A stretch of 33,885 bases of DNA from Patescibacteria group bacterium (GTDB lineage Bacteria; Patescibacteriota; Microgenomatia; UBA12405), in assembly GCA_018818185.1 (NCBI GenBank), contig JAHISL010000066.1:1-33885 (forward strand). The letters are read 5' to 3'. Every line of letters starts with the position of its first letter. Within the stretch, counting starts at the first letter, position 1. The notes below the pieces were generated by a model. That model had not been told where the DNA came from. It did no database searches and worked only from the letters and a program-made list of their open reading frames with translations. This document shows, in pieces, positions 1 through 7,529 of this stretch. The position numbers were made by a program, and so were the translations under genes.

Positions 1-479
1 TCGATTTTAAAAATTTTGAGGTTGCTAACAGTAGCGGTAGCATTGCCGTAATGTCCAGGCATTTTTTTACCCTTAATAACTTTTCCAGGTGTTTGAGCGC
101 CAATAGAGCCGGGTGCGCGAACACGATCAGAGGCACCACCAGAAACTGGTTGGCGACGGAAACCATGACGTTTAATAACACCGGCAAAACCGTGACCTTT
201 ACTTTTGCTGGTAGCTGAAACCACATCACCAACTGAAAAGACGGAATCTATGGTAACTTCTGTTTTTAAGTCTGGATTAGTATCGGCAGTATTTTTGAAC
301 TCAACAAATTTGTCTTTGTGTGTTTTTAGTTGAACGGCTTCGTAAGTATCTTTTTCGGTGGTTCTCAAACGGGAGACGATTAGTGGTTTGGCTTCTAGAA
401 CAGTGACGGCAACCCTTTTCCCATCATCATTAAAGATGCTGGTCATGAATTTTTTTTGAGTGAGGAATCCAGAAATCAT
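1..479 (-). CDS. rplC: 50S ribosomal protein L3 (uL3), N-terminal ~159 codons; the gene runs off the left edge
   Basis: Absent from the ORF track because it is truncated by the window. My translation of the minus strand from ATG 479..477 gives MISGFLTQKKFMTSIFNDDGKRVAVTVLEAKPLIVSRL...SKGHGFAGVIKRHGFRRQPVSGGASDRVRAPGSIGAQTPGKVIKGKKMPGHYG. This contains the uL3 blocks KGxGFxGxxKRHxF, PGSIG and MPGHxG. It lies 8 nt downstream of rpsJ, as in the S10 operon. Confidence 0.9.
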   Translation of the reverse strand, partial: MISGFLTQKKFMTSIFNDDGKRVAVTVLEAKPLIVSRLRTTEKDTYEAVQLKTHKDKFVEFKNTADTNPDLKTEVTIDSVFSVGDVVSATSKSKGHGFAGVIKRHGFRRQPVSGGASDRVRAPGSIGAQTPGKVIKGKKMPGHYGNATATVSNLKIFKI

Positions 480-487
480 AGTGGTAA

Positions 488-796
488 TTACATCTTGACT
501 TCAACTTCAACTCCGGATGGCAAATCGAGGTGCTGGAGACTGTCGACAGTACGAAGATTAGTGCTGAAGATATCGATTAAACGCTTGTGGGTCAAAATCT
601 CAAAGTGATCACGAGCGTTTTTGTCGGTATGAGGACTAGTTAAAACTGTAATGAGCTTGCGAGAGGTAGGCAATGGAATTGGACCTTGGACTGTGGCACC
701 AGCAGTAACTGCGGCTTCCACAATCTTGACCGCCGCCTCGTCAATGAGACGGTGGTCAAAAGATTTAAGTCTAATACGAATACGATTGCCTTTCAT
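488..796 (-). CDS. rpsJ: 30S ribosomal protein S10 (uS10)
   Basis: 102-aa ORF with IRIRLKSFDHRLID...GPIPLPT...VLTSPHTDKNARDHFE...HKRLIDI, a textbook uS10 sequence. It starts 2 nt after the tuf stop. Confidence 0.97.
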   Translation of the reverse strand: MKGNRIRIRLKSFDHRLIDEAAVKIVEAAVTAGATVQGPIPLPTSRKLITVLTSPHTDKNARDHFEILTHKRLIDIFSTNLRTVDSLQHLDLPSGVEVEVKM

Positions 797-798
797 TG

Positions 799-1971
799 TT
801 ATTTAATGATTTCGGTGATAGCACCGGCACCGACAGTTAGACCACCTTCACGAATAGCGAAGCGGAAACCTTTTTCCATGGCAACTGCTTTTATTAATTT
901 AACGGTAACGTTGGCATTATCTCCTGGCATAACCATTTCGACACCATCGGGAAGGATAACCTCTCCGGTAACGTCAGTGGTTCTGATAAAGACTTGAGGT
1001 CGATATCCAGCGAAGATAGGAGTGTGACGTCCACCTTCTTCTTTTTTAAGTAACAAGACTTCGGCTTTGAATTCAGTGTGAGGAGTAATGGTACCTGGTT
1101 TGGCCAAAACTTGACCGCGCTCGATATCATCTTTTTCAATACCTCGGAGAAGAAGACCGACGTTGTCACCTGCTTGACCTTGATCAAGTTGTTTGTGGAA
1201 CATCTCAACACCAGTAACGATGGCTTTTTTGGTATCACGGAGACCGACAATTTCGATTTCGTCGTTGATTTTGATAATTCCGCGCTCAATTCTACCAGTA
1301 GCAACAGTACCTCGACCCTTGATAGAGAAGACGTCTTCAACCGGCATTAAGAAAGGTTTATCTAATTCACGAGCTGGCTCAGGAATATAGCTATCGAGGG
1401 CATCCATTAATTTTTTAATGGAATCAACACCATCGGCGTCACCTTCAAGAGCTTTGAGGGCGGAACCACGAACGATAGGAATCTCTTCACCGGGATAACC
1501 ATATTTGGTTAAAAGGTCGCGAATTTCCATTTCGACGAGATCCAAGAATTCAGGATCAGTAACAAGGTCGACTTTGTTTAAAAAAACAACCAAGGAAGGA
1601 ACGTTAACTTGCTTGGCAAGCAAAACGTGTTCACGAGTTTGAGGCATTGGACCGTCTGGAGCAGAAACAACGAGAATAGCACCGTCCATTTGAGCGGCAC
1701 CAGTAATCATGTTTTTGACGTAGTCAGCGTGCCCAGGACAATCAATGTGAGCATAGTGTCTTTTCTCGGTCTCGTATTCGACGTGGGAAATAGCAATAGT
1801 AACGATTTTGCTGGCGTCACGGACAGTACCGCCTTTGGCGATGTCAGCGTAAGATTTGGGGTTTCCTTGAACCTTGGCAATAGCAGCGGTTAATGTGGTT
1901 TTACCGTGGTCAACGTGACCAATGGTGCCTACATTAACGTGGGGTTTGTTTCTTTGATAAGTATCGGCCAT
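799..1971 (-). CDS. tuf: Elongation factor Tu
   Basis: 390 aa with [10 protein letters not shown] (G1), DCPGHADY (G3), NKVD (G4) and SALKALEG (G5). AAGGAG lies 7 nt upstream of the ATG at 1971. Confidence 0.99.
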   Translation of the reverse strand: MADTYQRNKPHVNVGTIGHVDHGKTTLTAAIAKVQGNPKSYADIAKGGTVRDASKIVTIAISHVEYETEKRHYAHIDCPGHADYVKNMITGAAQMDGAILVVSAPDGPMPQTREHVLLAKQVNVPSLVVFLNKVDLVTDPEFLDLVEMEIRDLLTKYGYPGEEIPIVRGSALKALEGDADGVDSIKKLMDALDSYIPEPARELDKPFLMPVEDVFSIKGRGTVATGRIERGIIKINDEIEIVGLRDTKKAIVTGVEMFHKQLDQGQAGDNVGLLLRGIEKDDIERGQVLAKPGTITPHTEFKAEVLLLKKEEGGRHTPIFAGYRPQVFIRTTDVTGEVILPDGVEMVMPGDNANVTVKLIKAVAMEKGFRFAIREGGLTVGAGAITEIIK

Positions 1972-2239
1972 TTTTTTCTCCTTAATTTATTTTATATGAG
2001 CCCTTTTGGGCAATTTTTAACAATTAATTATACATTACTCTGGCTTCTAATTGATAGCCAAAGTCTTTGTTGCCGTAGTAAATACGGTAATTGAAAAACG
2101 CTTTACGATTGTAACAGCAAGACACCTGCTTCGCAAGATGGAAAATACTTATCTTGAGGGATAAATACGTTTTCAATATATTTATCCGATAGTAACATAA
2201 AAATAAATGAAGAAACAGTTGTTGATAAAACTATTTGAC

Positions 2240-4069
2240 CTATCTTACTATCGGGTAAGCCCCGAGAAAAAGCCTGATGGCTGTAGCCCAAGTAGAATCG
2301 GAGTTTAGACCAGGTTTATCTTGATATTTCTCTTGGATATTTTTTAGCTCTAATTCTAGTCTATGCCTAACAGCTGGCAGAATGTCTATCTTTCTTTCAT
2401 CATGAGTTTCTTTTCCTATACCAAAAAACCCAGCTTTATCAACAACGGTATAAGTGGAGTCACTGTATATTTTTGGTAATTCCGTTTGACGTTGATTTTC
2501 GAGTATATCGTTGCCAGAGATGGAACTGAGCTTGGATGAAAGATTGTTGAAAAATGCATAGACATCTTTGTCGCCATAAAGTTGGGGGTTTTTTGTTCGG
2601 TAGGACTCCTTAAAATCGTTAATGGCTGTTAAAAGTTTTGACCTTGGAGGTATTTCACCGTCCTGGGCTTTAAAACCAGGATAAAACTCACCTAGTAAAT
2701 AAAGAATAGTAGGATTCTTCGCTAGTCCATCCAACATCTCTTGGCTGGCTGTGGCAAGAGCTTCTTTTTTGGCAGTTTCTTGCTGAGCAAGCTTTTCTCT
2801 TTTCTCCTGAGCTTCTTTTTCCTGAGCTTCTCTCCGAGGAGCATCTTGAATCTCAGTCACGGCGGTGTTCCTTTCCCAAAGAAGTCTTGCGGCTGCCTGT
2901 GAGGCAAGTTGGTTTTCATTGGCAGCGTAAATATTTTTTATTTCGTCGTATAAAAAGCCAATATATTTAGAGTGGTTATCCCCCTTAATTTGAAGAATAG
3001 ATTCTGTCTCTGGATCAGTAAGAGCCAGCAAGCCTTTGGCGGCATGAATGCGAAGACCATCAGCGTTAGAATTTGAATCATTAGACTTTATGGTGCGAGC
3101 AGTATCAAGGGTGGCACGAATCATACCCAGGGCTAGGGCTTGAAGTTCTTCGCGATTCTCTTGTCCATCTTTCCGAGATAATCCTCCAATTTTTTCAGCT
3201 AGGGTATCGGCAGACTCGGCGTTGATAAGATTCCAAACCTCCTGGGTAATGAGACCGCCAGTAACTATTTCAATTGTCTCTGGGGTGAGACTGTCTATCT
3301 TTTTACCCTTTAAGATCCCATAGAGATTGTAGCCGGCAGATTCGTGGAGAAGAAGTTTGGCGTTTTTTTGCTCAGGATCTGAAAGAGGAGAGGTCTCTTT
3401 ATCGGCGAGAAGAGTAAGAAGATGGAGGGTAGAATCTTCTTTGGGAAAAGGAGAATTGTGGGTGTCTGAAAGTTGGTAAATATGACTGTCAACAAATCTG
3501 GAAAAAATACCTTTACAGGTATGGAGAGCCTCGGGGCGAGAATCGACGAGGGTGGCAATGTGATCGAATTTAGAAGTACCAGGAACATTCATAAGTTCTT
3601 CTATGGTGCGAGTGGTGCGAAAAAGACCAACAATTCCCTTTTCAGGTTCTTCACCGTCGTATCCATTTATTTGATCAACAAGAGTATCTACCCTTGCCGC
3701 TCCAGTCTGCCTAATCTCGGCCTTTTCAGCTTCTGTCTTTGTGCTAAGAAAATATGCATCTGAGGCGGTGGCATCACTCATAGAGCTGGCGACATTGCGG
3801 GAATAGATATTGGCTTCTGGTAAATAAATATCACCCAGACGGCTTAATTCAGATCCTTCTGGCTTGGGTCCCGGTTCTTGACCGGCATTTTTCAAAATCT
3901 CGGCATTTGTTTCCCAGGCACTAACAGCTTGACTGTGTTCGGAGACTTCAGTAAGAATATTGTTATATAGAGTTAGTAAGGGAGAGGTAGCTTTTGTCTC
4001 GGTTTTAACAACTGATTCAGAGGGGGGTTGGGGTGTTTGATCGATTGCCATATTGATTATTTGTATCAC
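2240..4069 (-). CDS. Orphan soluble protein (~603-609 aa), function unknown, inserted between fusA and tuf
   Basis: Long uninterrupted ORF with coding-like composition, no TM segment and no motif I recognise. The track start at 4069 is a GTG; the in-frame ATG at 4051 (MAIDQTPQ...) is more plausible. It contains a charged EAQEKEAQEKREK stretch. Confidence 0.75.
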   Translation of the reverse strand: MIQIINMAIDQTPQPPSESVVKTETKATSPLLTLYNNILTEVSEHSQAVSAWETNAEILKNAGQEPGPKPEGSELSRLGDIYLPEANIYSRNVASSMSDATASDAYFLSTKTEAEKAEIRQTGAARVDTLVDQINGYDGEEPEKGIVGLFRTTRTIEELMNVPGTSKFDHIATLVDSRPEALHTCKGIFSRFVDSHIYQLSDTHNSPFPKEDSTLHLLTLLADKETSPLSDPEQKNAKLLLHESAGYNLYGILKGKKIDSLTPETIEIVTGGLITQEVWNLINAESADTLAEKIGGLSRKDGQENREELQALALGMIRATLDTARTIKSNDSNSNADGLRIHAAKGLLALTDPETESILQIKGDNHSKYIGFLYDEIKNIYAANENQLASQAAARLLWERNTAVTEIQDAPRREAQEKEAQEKREKLAQQETAKKEALATASQEMLDGLAKNPTILYLLGEFYPGFKAQDGEIPPRSKLLTAINDFKESYRTKNPQLYGDKDVYAFFNNLSSKLSSISGNDILENQRQTELPKIYSDSTYTVVDKAGFFGIGKETHDERKIDILPAVRHRLELELKNIQEKYQDKPGLNSDSTWATAIRLFLGAYPIVR

Positions 4070-4095
4070 TATTTACGGCTTGAATCCACAACTTG

Positions 4096-4127
4096 AAACC
4101 CCGCTGGTAGGCGGGGTTTAATTTTTT
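4096..4127. terminator. GC-rich hairpin with flanking A/T runs between fusA and the 609-aa ORF
   Basis: AAACCCCGC (4096-4104), loop TGGTAG, GCGGGGTTT (4111-4119), then AATTTTTT. The T-run follows the stem on the plus strand, although both neighbours are minus-strand genes. On the minus strand the stem is followed only by UUUCAAGUU, so it would be a weak terminator or attenuator there. Confidence 0.6.
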
Positions 4128-4143
4128 GCTCAGAATAAAATTC

Positions 4144-6255
4144 TTATTCTTTTTTACCGTCGGTTTTGATAGTCAATTTTTCTTGAATATCTCGAGGAAC
4201 GGGGTCGTAATGGCTAGGTTCCATGTAAAAAGAACCACGGCCCTGAGTCAAAGAGCGAATGACAGTGGCATAACCACGAACAGCCTCCAAGGGAATGGTG
4301 GCATCAATGGTGGTAAAGCCAAATGATTCGGTGGTACCGGCAATTTGACCTCGACGCGAGGAAAGATCGCCGATGACTGTACCCAAAAACTCTGAAGGAC
4401 AGGCAACTTCGAACTTCATAATTGGTTCGAGAATAAGAGGACTAGCAAGAGCAAAGGCATCTTTAATGGCGTATGATCCAGCAAGTTTGAAAGCTGCTTC
4501 AGAAGAGTCAACATCATGATAGGAACCATCGAAGACTGAAATTTTGATATCAGTACAGGGATAACCAGCAATAATACCTTTGGCTAGGGTCTCGCGGACA
4601 CCTTTTTCAATAGCGGGAATAAAGTTGCTGGGAATAACACCACCCTTGATGGCGTTAATGAACTCAATCCCCTCACCTCTCTCTTTTGGCTCAATCTTAA
4701 TCTTACAGTGACCGTATTGACCATGACCGCCCGATTGGTGAATATATTTTCCTTCACCATCAGCGTTTGAGGAAATGGTCTCTCGATAAGCAACTTGAGG
4801 AGCACCGGTTTTGACCTCAACCCCAAATTCTCGCTTTAAACGATCAACAATAATTTCCAAATAAAGTTCACCCATACCAGCAATGATGGTTTGACCTGTT
4901 TCATGGTTGTAAGAGACTTTAAAGGTTGGATCCTCTGAAGTAAGACGATTAAGAGCGGCTCCCATTTTTTCTTGATCATCGGCAGTTTCCGGTTCAATAC
5001 TTAGAGAAATGACGGGATCAGAGAATTGAATCGGTGAAAGGGAAATTGGATGAGCCTTGTCACAGAGAGTATCACCAGTAACAGATTCTTTTAGACCAAT
5101 ACAGGCGACAATTTCTCCAGCATAGGCTTCCTCAATACCTTCACGCTTGTCAGCGTGCATCAACAAGAGACGGCCAATCCTTTCACTCTTTTGCTTGGTG
5201 GCGTTATATACTTCTTGACCAGTTTTAATGGTGCCAGAATAAATACGAACATAAGAAAGAGTACCGACATGAGGATCAGACTGAACCTTGAAAAGAAGAC
5301 CGGAAAAAGGTTCCTTGTTCTCAGGTTTCCTGGTAATAACTTCGTTGGTAACAACATCAAAACCTTGGGCTGGAGGAAGATCTGGTGGAGAAGGAAGATA
5401 ATCAATAATGGCATCTAGGATTGGATGAATACCCTTATTTCTCCAAGCAGCACCACAATAAACCGGAAATAATTTTCGAGTAATGGTGGCCTTTCGAAGA
5501 GCGGCCTTTAATTCAGGAATTGAAATTTCCTCATCGTTAAGGAATTTTTCCATTAGTGTTTCGTCTTCTCCGGCAATTTTTTCAACCATGGCAGCACGAG
5601 CAGCAGTGGCAGCTTCCAAATATTCTGGAGTGACGTCTTTGGTAGTAAATTCCATACCCTCATCATCCTTGTCATAGACAATCATCTTCATCTCCATGAG
5701 ATCGATAACACCCATAAAATCATGTTCTTCACCAATTGGAAGAACAACCGGCACAATGGGACAACGGAGTTTTTGATTAATAGAATCTAAGGTTTTTTGG
5801 AAAGAAGCACCAACTTTGTCCATTTTGTTGACAAAGGCAATACGAGGAACCTGATATTTGTCAGCTTGACGCCAAACAGTTTCAGATTGGGCCTGAACTC
5901 CGGCGTTACCATCAAAAATCATAATGGCGCCGTCAAGAACACGAAGAGAGCGCTCGACCTCGGCGGTGAAATCAACGTGGCCCGGAGTGTCGATAATGTT
6001 GATACGGTAGTCTTTAAAATAGGTGGTAATACAGGCAGATTGAATAGTGATCCCCCTCTCCCTCTCTTGAACCATGGAGTCGGTAGTAGTAGTTCCTTCG
6101 TCGACTGAACCAATCTTATGAATTTTTCCTGTATAAAAAAGAAGACGTTCGGTAGTGGTGGTCTTACCACCATCGATATGGGCAATAATGCCAATATTTC
6201 TAACTTTGTCCATAGGGACAATTCGGTTTTTTGTGACTTGAATAGCGTCGGCCAT
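4144..6255 (-). CDS. fusA: Elongation factor G
   Basis: 703 aa with AHIDGGKTTTTE, DTPGHVDF and NKMD, and full-length EF-G domain order by eye. Confidence 0.98.
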   Translation of the reverse strand: MADAIQVTKNRIVPMDKVRNIGIIAHIDGGKTTTTERLLFYTGKIHKIGSVDEGTTTTDSMVQERERGITIQSACITTYFKDYRINIIDTPGHVDFTAEVERSLRVLDGAIMIFDGNAGVQAQSETVWRQADKYQVPRIAFVNKMDKVGASFQKTLDSINQKLRCPIVPVVLPIGEEHDFMGVIDLMEMKMIVYDKDDEGMEFTTKDVTPEYLEAATAARAAMVEKIAGEDETLMEKFLNDEEISIPELKAALRKATITRKLFPVYCGAAWRNKGIHPILDAIIDYLPSPPDLPPAQGFDVVTNEVITRKPENKEPFSGLLFKVQSDPHVGTLSYVRIYSGTIKTGQEVYNATKQKSERIGRLLLMHADKREGIEEAYAGEIVACIGLKESVTGDTLCDKAHPISLSPIQFSDPVISLSIEPETADDQEKMGAALNRLTSEDPTFKVSYNHETGQTIIAGMGELYLEIIVDRLKREFGVEVKTGAPQVAYRETISSNADGEGKYIHQSGGHGQYGHCKIKIEPKERGEGIEFINAIKGGVIPSNFIPAIEKGVRETLAKGIIAGYPCTDIKISVFDGSYHDVDSSEAAFKLAGSYAIKDAFALASPLILEPIMKFEVACPSEFLGTVIGDLSSRRGQIAGTTESFGFTTIDATIPLEAVRGYATVIRSLTQGRGSFYMEPSHYDPVPRDIQEKLTIKTDGKKE

Positions 6256-6302
6256 AAAATTTGTTTTTATTAATAGGTTTTAAACATAGTATCATAGCAT
6301 AA

Positions 6303-7529
6303 ATGAAGGCAAAAATATTAGTGGTAGGAGGCGGAATTGGCGGACTTGTAGCCGCTTATCGACTTTTACAAAAAAAATATGCGGTCACTTTGGTGGAGAA
6401 AAATAGTGAATTAGGCGGATTGTTGGGCGCTTTTAAAATTGGAGGCACCTATTTGGAAAAAAGTTACCACCATATTTTTAAGACAGATAAATATATTATC
6501 GAGCTGATTAAAGAATTGGGGTTAGAAAAAAAATTAAAATGGCACGAGGCTAAAACGGCGATTTACTACAAGAAAAAAATATACCCCTTTGCTGGGGCAA
6601 TTGATTTACTTAAATTTGAACCGTTAAATTTGATAGATAAATTAAGATTGGGATTTGTAAAAATTTATTTAGAAAAGGAAAATAATTGGAAAAAGTTTGA
6701 AAATGTTTTGGCCTATGAATGGATGAAAAAGTGGTGTGGTAATAATGCCTATAAAGTTATTTGGGAGCCGCTTTTAAGAGGAAAATTTGGCAAGGAATAT
6801 AAAAAAGTGTCAATGGCTTGGATGTGGGCCCGAATTCATACTAGGGCTAATTCCAGCGAGAAGGGCAAAGAATATTTAGGATATTTAGATGGCGGATTTC
6901 AACAAATTATTGATGAACTTAAACGTAGAATTTTGAAATTGGGGGGAAAGATAGAATTAAATACAAACCTACCCCCTCGCGAGCTCGGGACCTCCCTTGA
7001 GGAAGGGAGGCTAAAAGACTTTAATAGAATAATTAGCTCGGCGCCATTGGAAAAAGTTGATTATTTGGGGGCAGTTACGATGGTGTTTACGTCTAAACAA
7101 AATTTAAGCCGGTATTATTGGCACAATATTAATGATGATAAGTCCCCTTTTCTGGCATTGATTCAACATACAAACCTGGAAGATAAGAAAAAATATGGCA
7201 ATAAACATGTCTATTATCTAGGAACTTATTTACCGCATAATCACCGATACTTTAAATTTGGGGATAAAATAGTTGAAAAAGAATTTTTTAGTTACCTAAA
7301 AAAAATACTTCCAAACTTTAATGAGGAAAAAGTGTTAAAGAAATGGGTGTTTAAATTTAAATATGCCCAGCATGTGGTGGATGTGGGATATAGGAGAAGA
7401 ATTGAAAAGTATAGACATGGTAAGGGGAAAATAATATACATGAATTTTGCACAAATTTACCCAGAAGATAGGGGTATAAACTATGCGGTGAGAGAGGGAG
7501 AAAGAGTAAGTAAATTATTTGAGAATTAA
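6303..7529 (+). CDS. FAD/NAD(P)-binding oxidoreductase (amine-oxidase / phytoene-desaturase-like family)
   Basis: N-terminal Rossmann dinucleotide motif KILVVGGGIGGLVAAYRL...VTLVEKNSELGG...SYHHIF, typical of NAD_binding_8 / amino-oxidase family proteins. The substrate cannot be called. It overlaps the next gene convergently by 15 nt. Confidence 0.65.
   Translation: MKAKILVVGGGIGGLVAAYRLLQKKYAVTLVEKNSELGGLLGAFKIGGTYLEKSYHHIFKTDKYIIELIKELGLEKKLKWHEAKTAIYYKKKIYPFAGAIDLLKFEPLNLIDKLRLGFVKIYLEKENNWKKFENVLAYEWMKKWCGNNAYKVIWEPLLRGKFGKEYKKVSMAWMWARIHTRANSSEKGKEYLGYLDGGFQQIIDELKRRILKLGGKIELNTNLPPRELGTSLEEGRLKDFNRIISSAPLEKVDYLGAVTMVFTSKQNLSRYYWHNINDDKSPFLALIQHTNLEDKKKYGNKHVYYLGTYLPHNHRYFKFGDKIVEKEFFSYLKKILPNFNEEKVLKKWVFKFKYAQHVVDVGYRRRIEKYRHGKGKIIYMNFAQIYPEDRGINYAVREGERVSKLFEN
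6965..7010 (+). repeat. GC-rich palindromic mini-element, copy 1, in frame inside the oxidoreductase CDS
   Basis: AAACCTACCCCCT CGCGAGCTCGGGA CCTCCCTTGA GGAAGGGAGG. The arm CCTCCCTT (6991-6998) pairs perfectly with AAGGGAGG (7003-7010). It shares AAACCYACCCCT, CCTCCCTTGA and GGA.GGGAGG with 27818-27856. Confidence 0.6.

Noticed and set aside
686-1893. Several 60-150-aa ORFs overlapping rpsJ and tuf on either strand (686-997, 894-1340, 1078-1350, 1193-1390, 1609-1893)
   Set aside because: They lie entirely inside or antisense to highly conserved genes with unambiguous reading frames. Their sequences are low-complexity, so they are shadow ORFs.
1972-2239. Looked for a tRNA gene or other RNA gene in the 268-nt spacer upstream of tuf, since tRNAs often precede tuf
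   Set aside because: There is no cloverleaf-compatible sequence and no GGTTCGAATCC-like T-arm on either strand. I found only short AT-rich hairpins and a TATAAT (minus strand, 2032-2027) that probably serves tuf.
2806-2835. 15-nt tandem duplication CCTGAGCTTCT(T/C)T.. in the 609-aa gene
   Set aside because: There are only two copies, encoding EAQEK-EAQEK in a charged helix. It is a trivial in-gene duplication and not a repeat array.
4126-6221. ORFs overlapping fusA (4126-4326, 4584-4826, 5155-5418, 5160-5414, 5483-5677, 5797-6108, 5919-6221)
   Set aside because: They are shadow ORFs of a 703-aa EF-G frame that is clearly correct.
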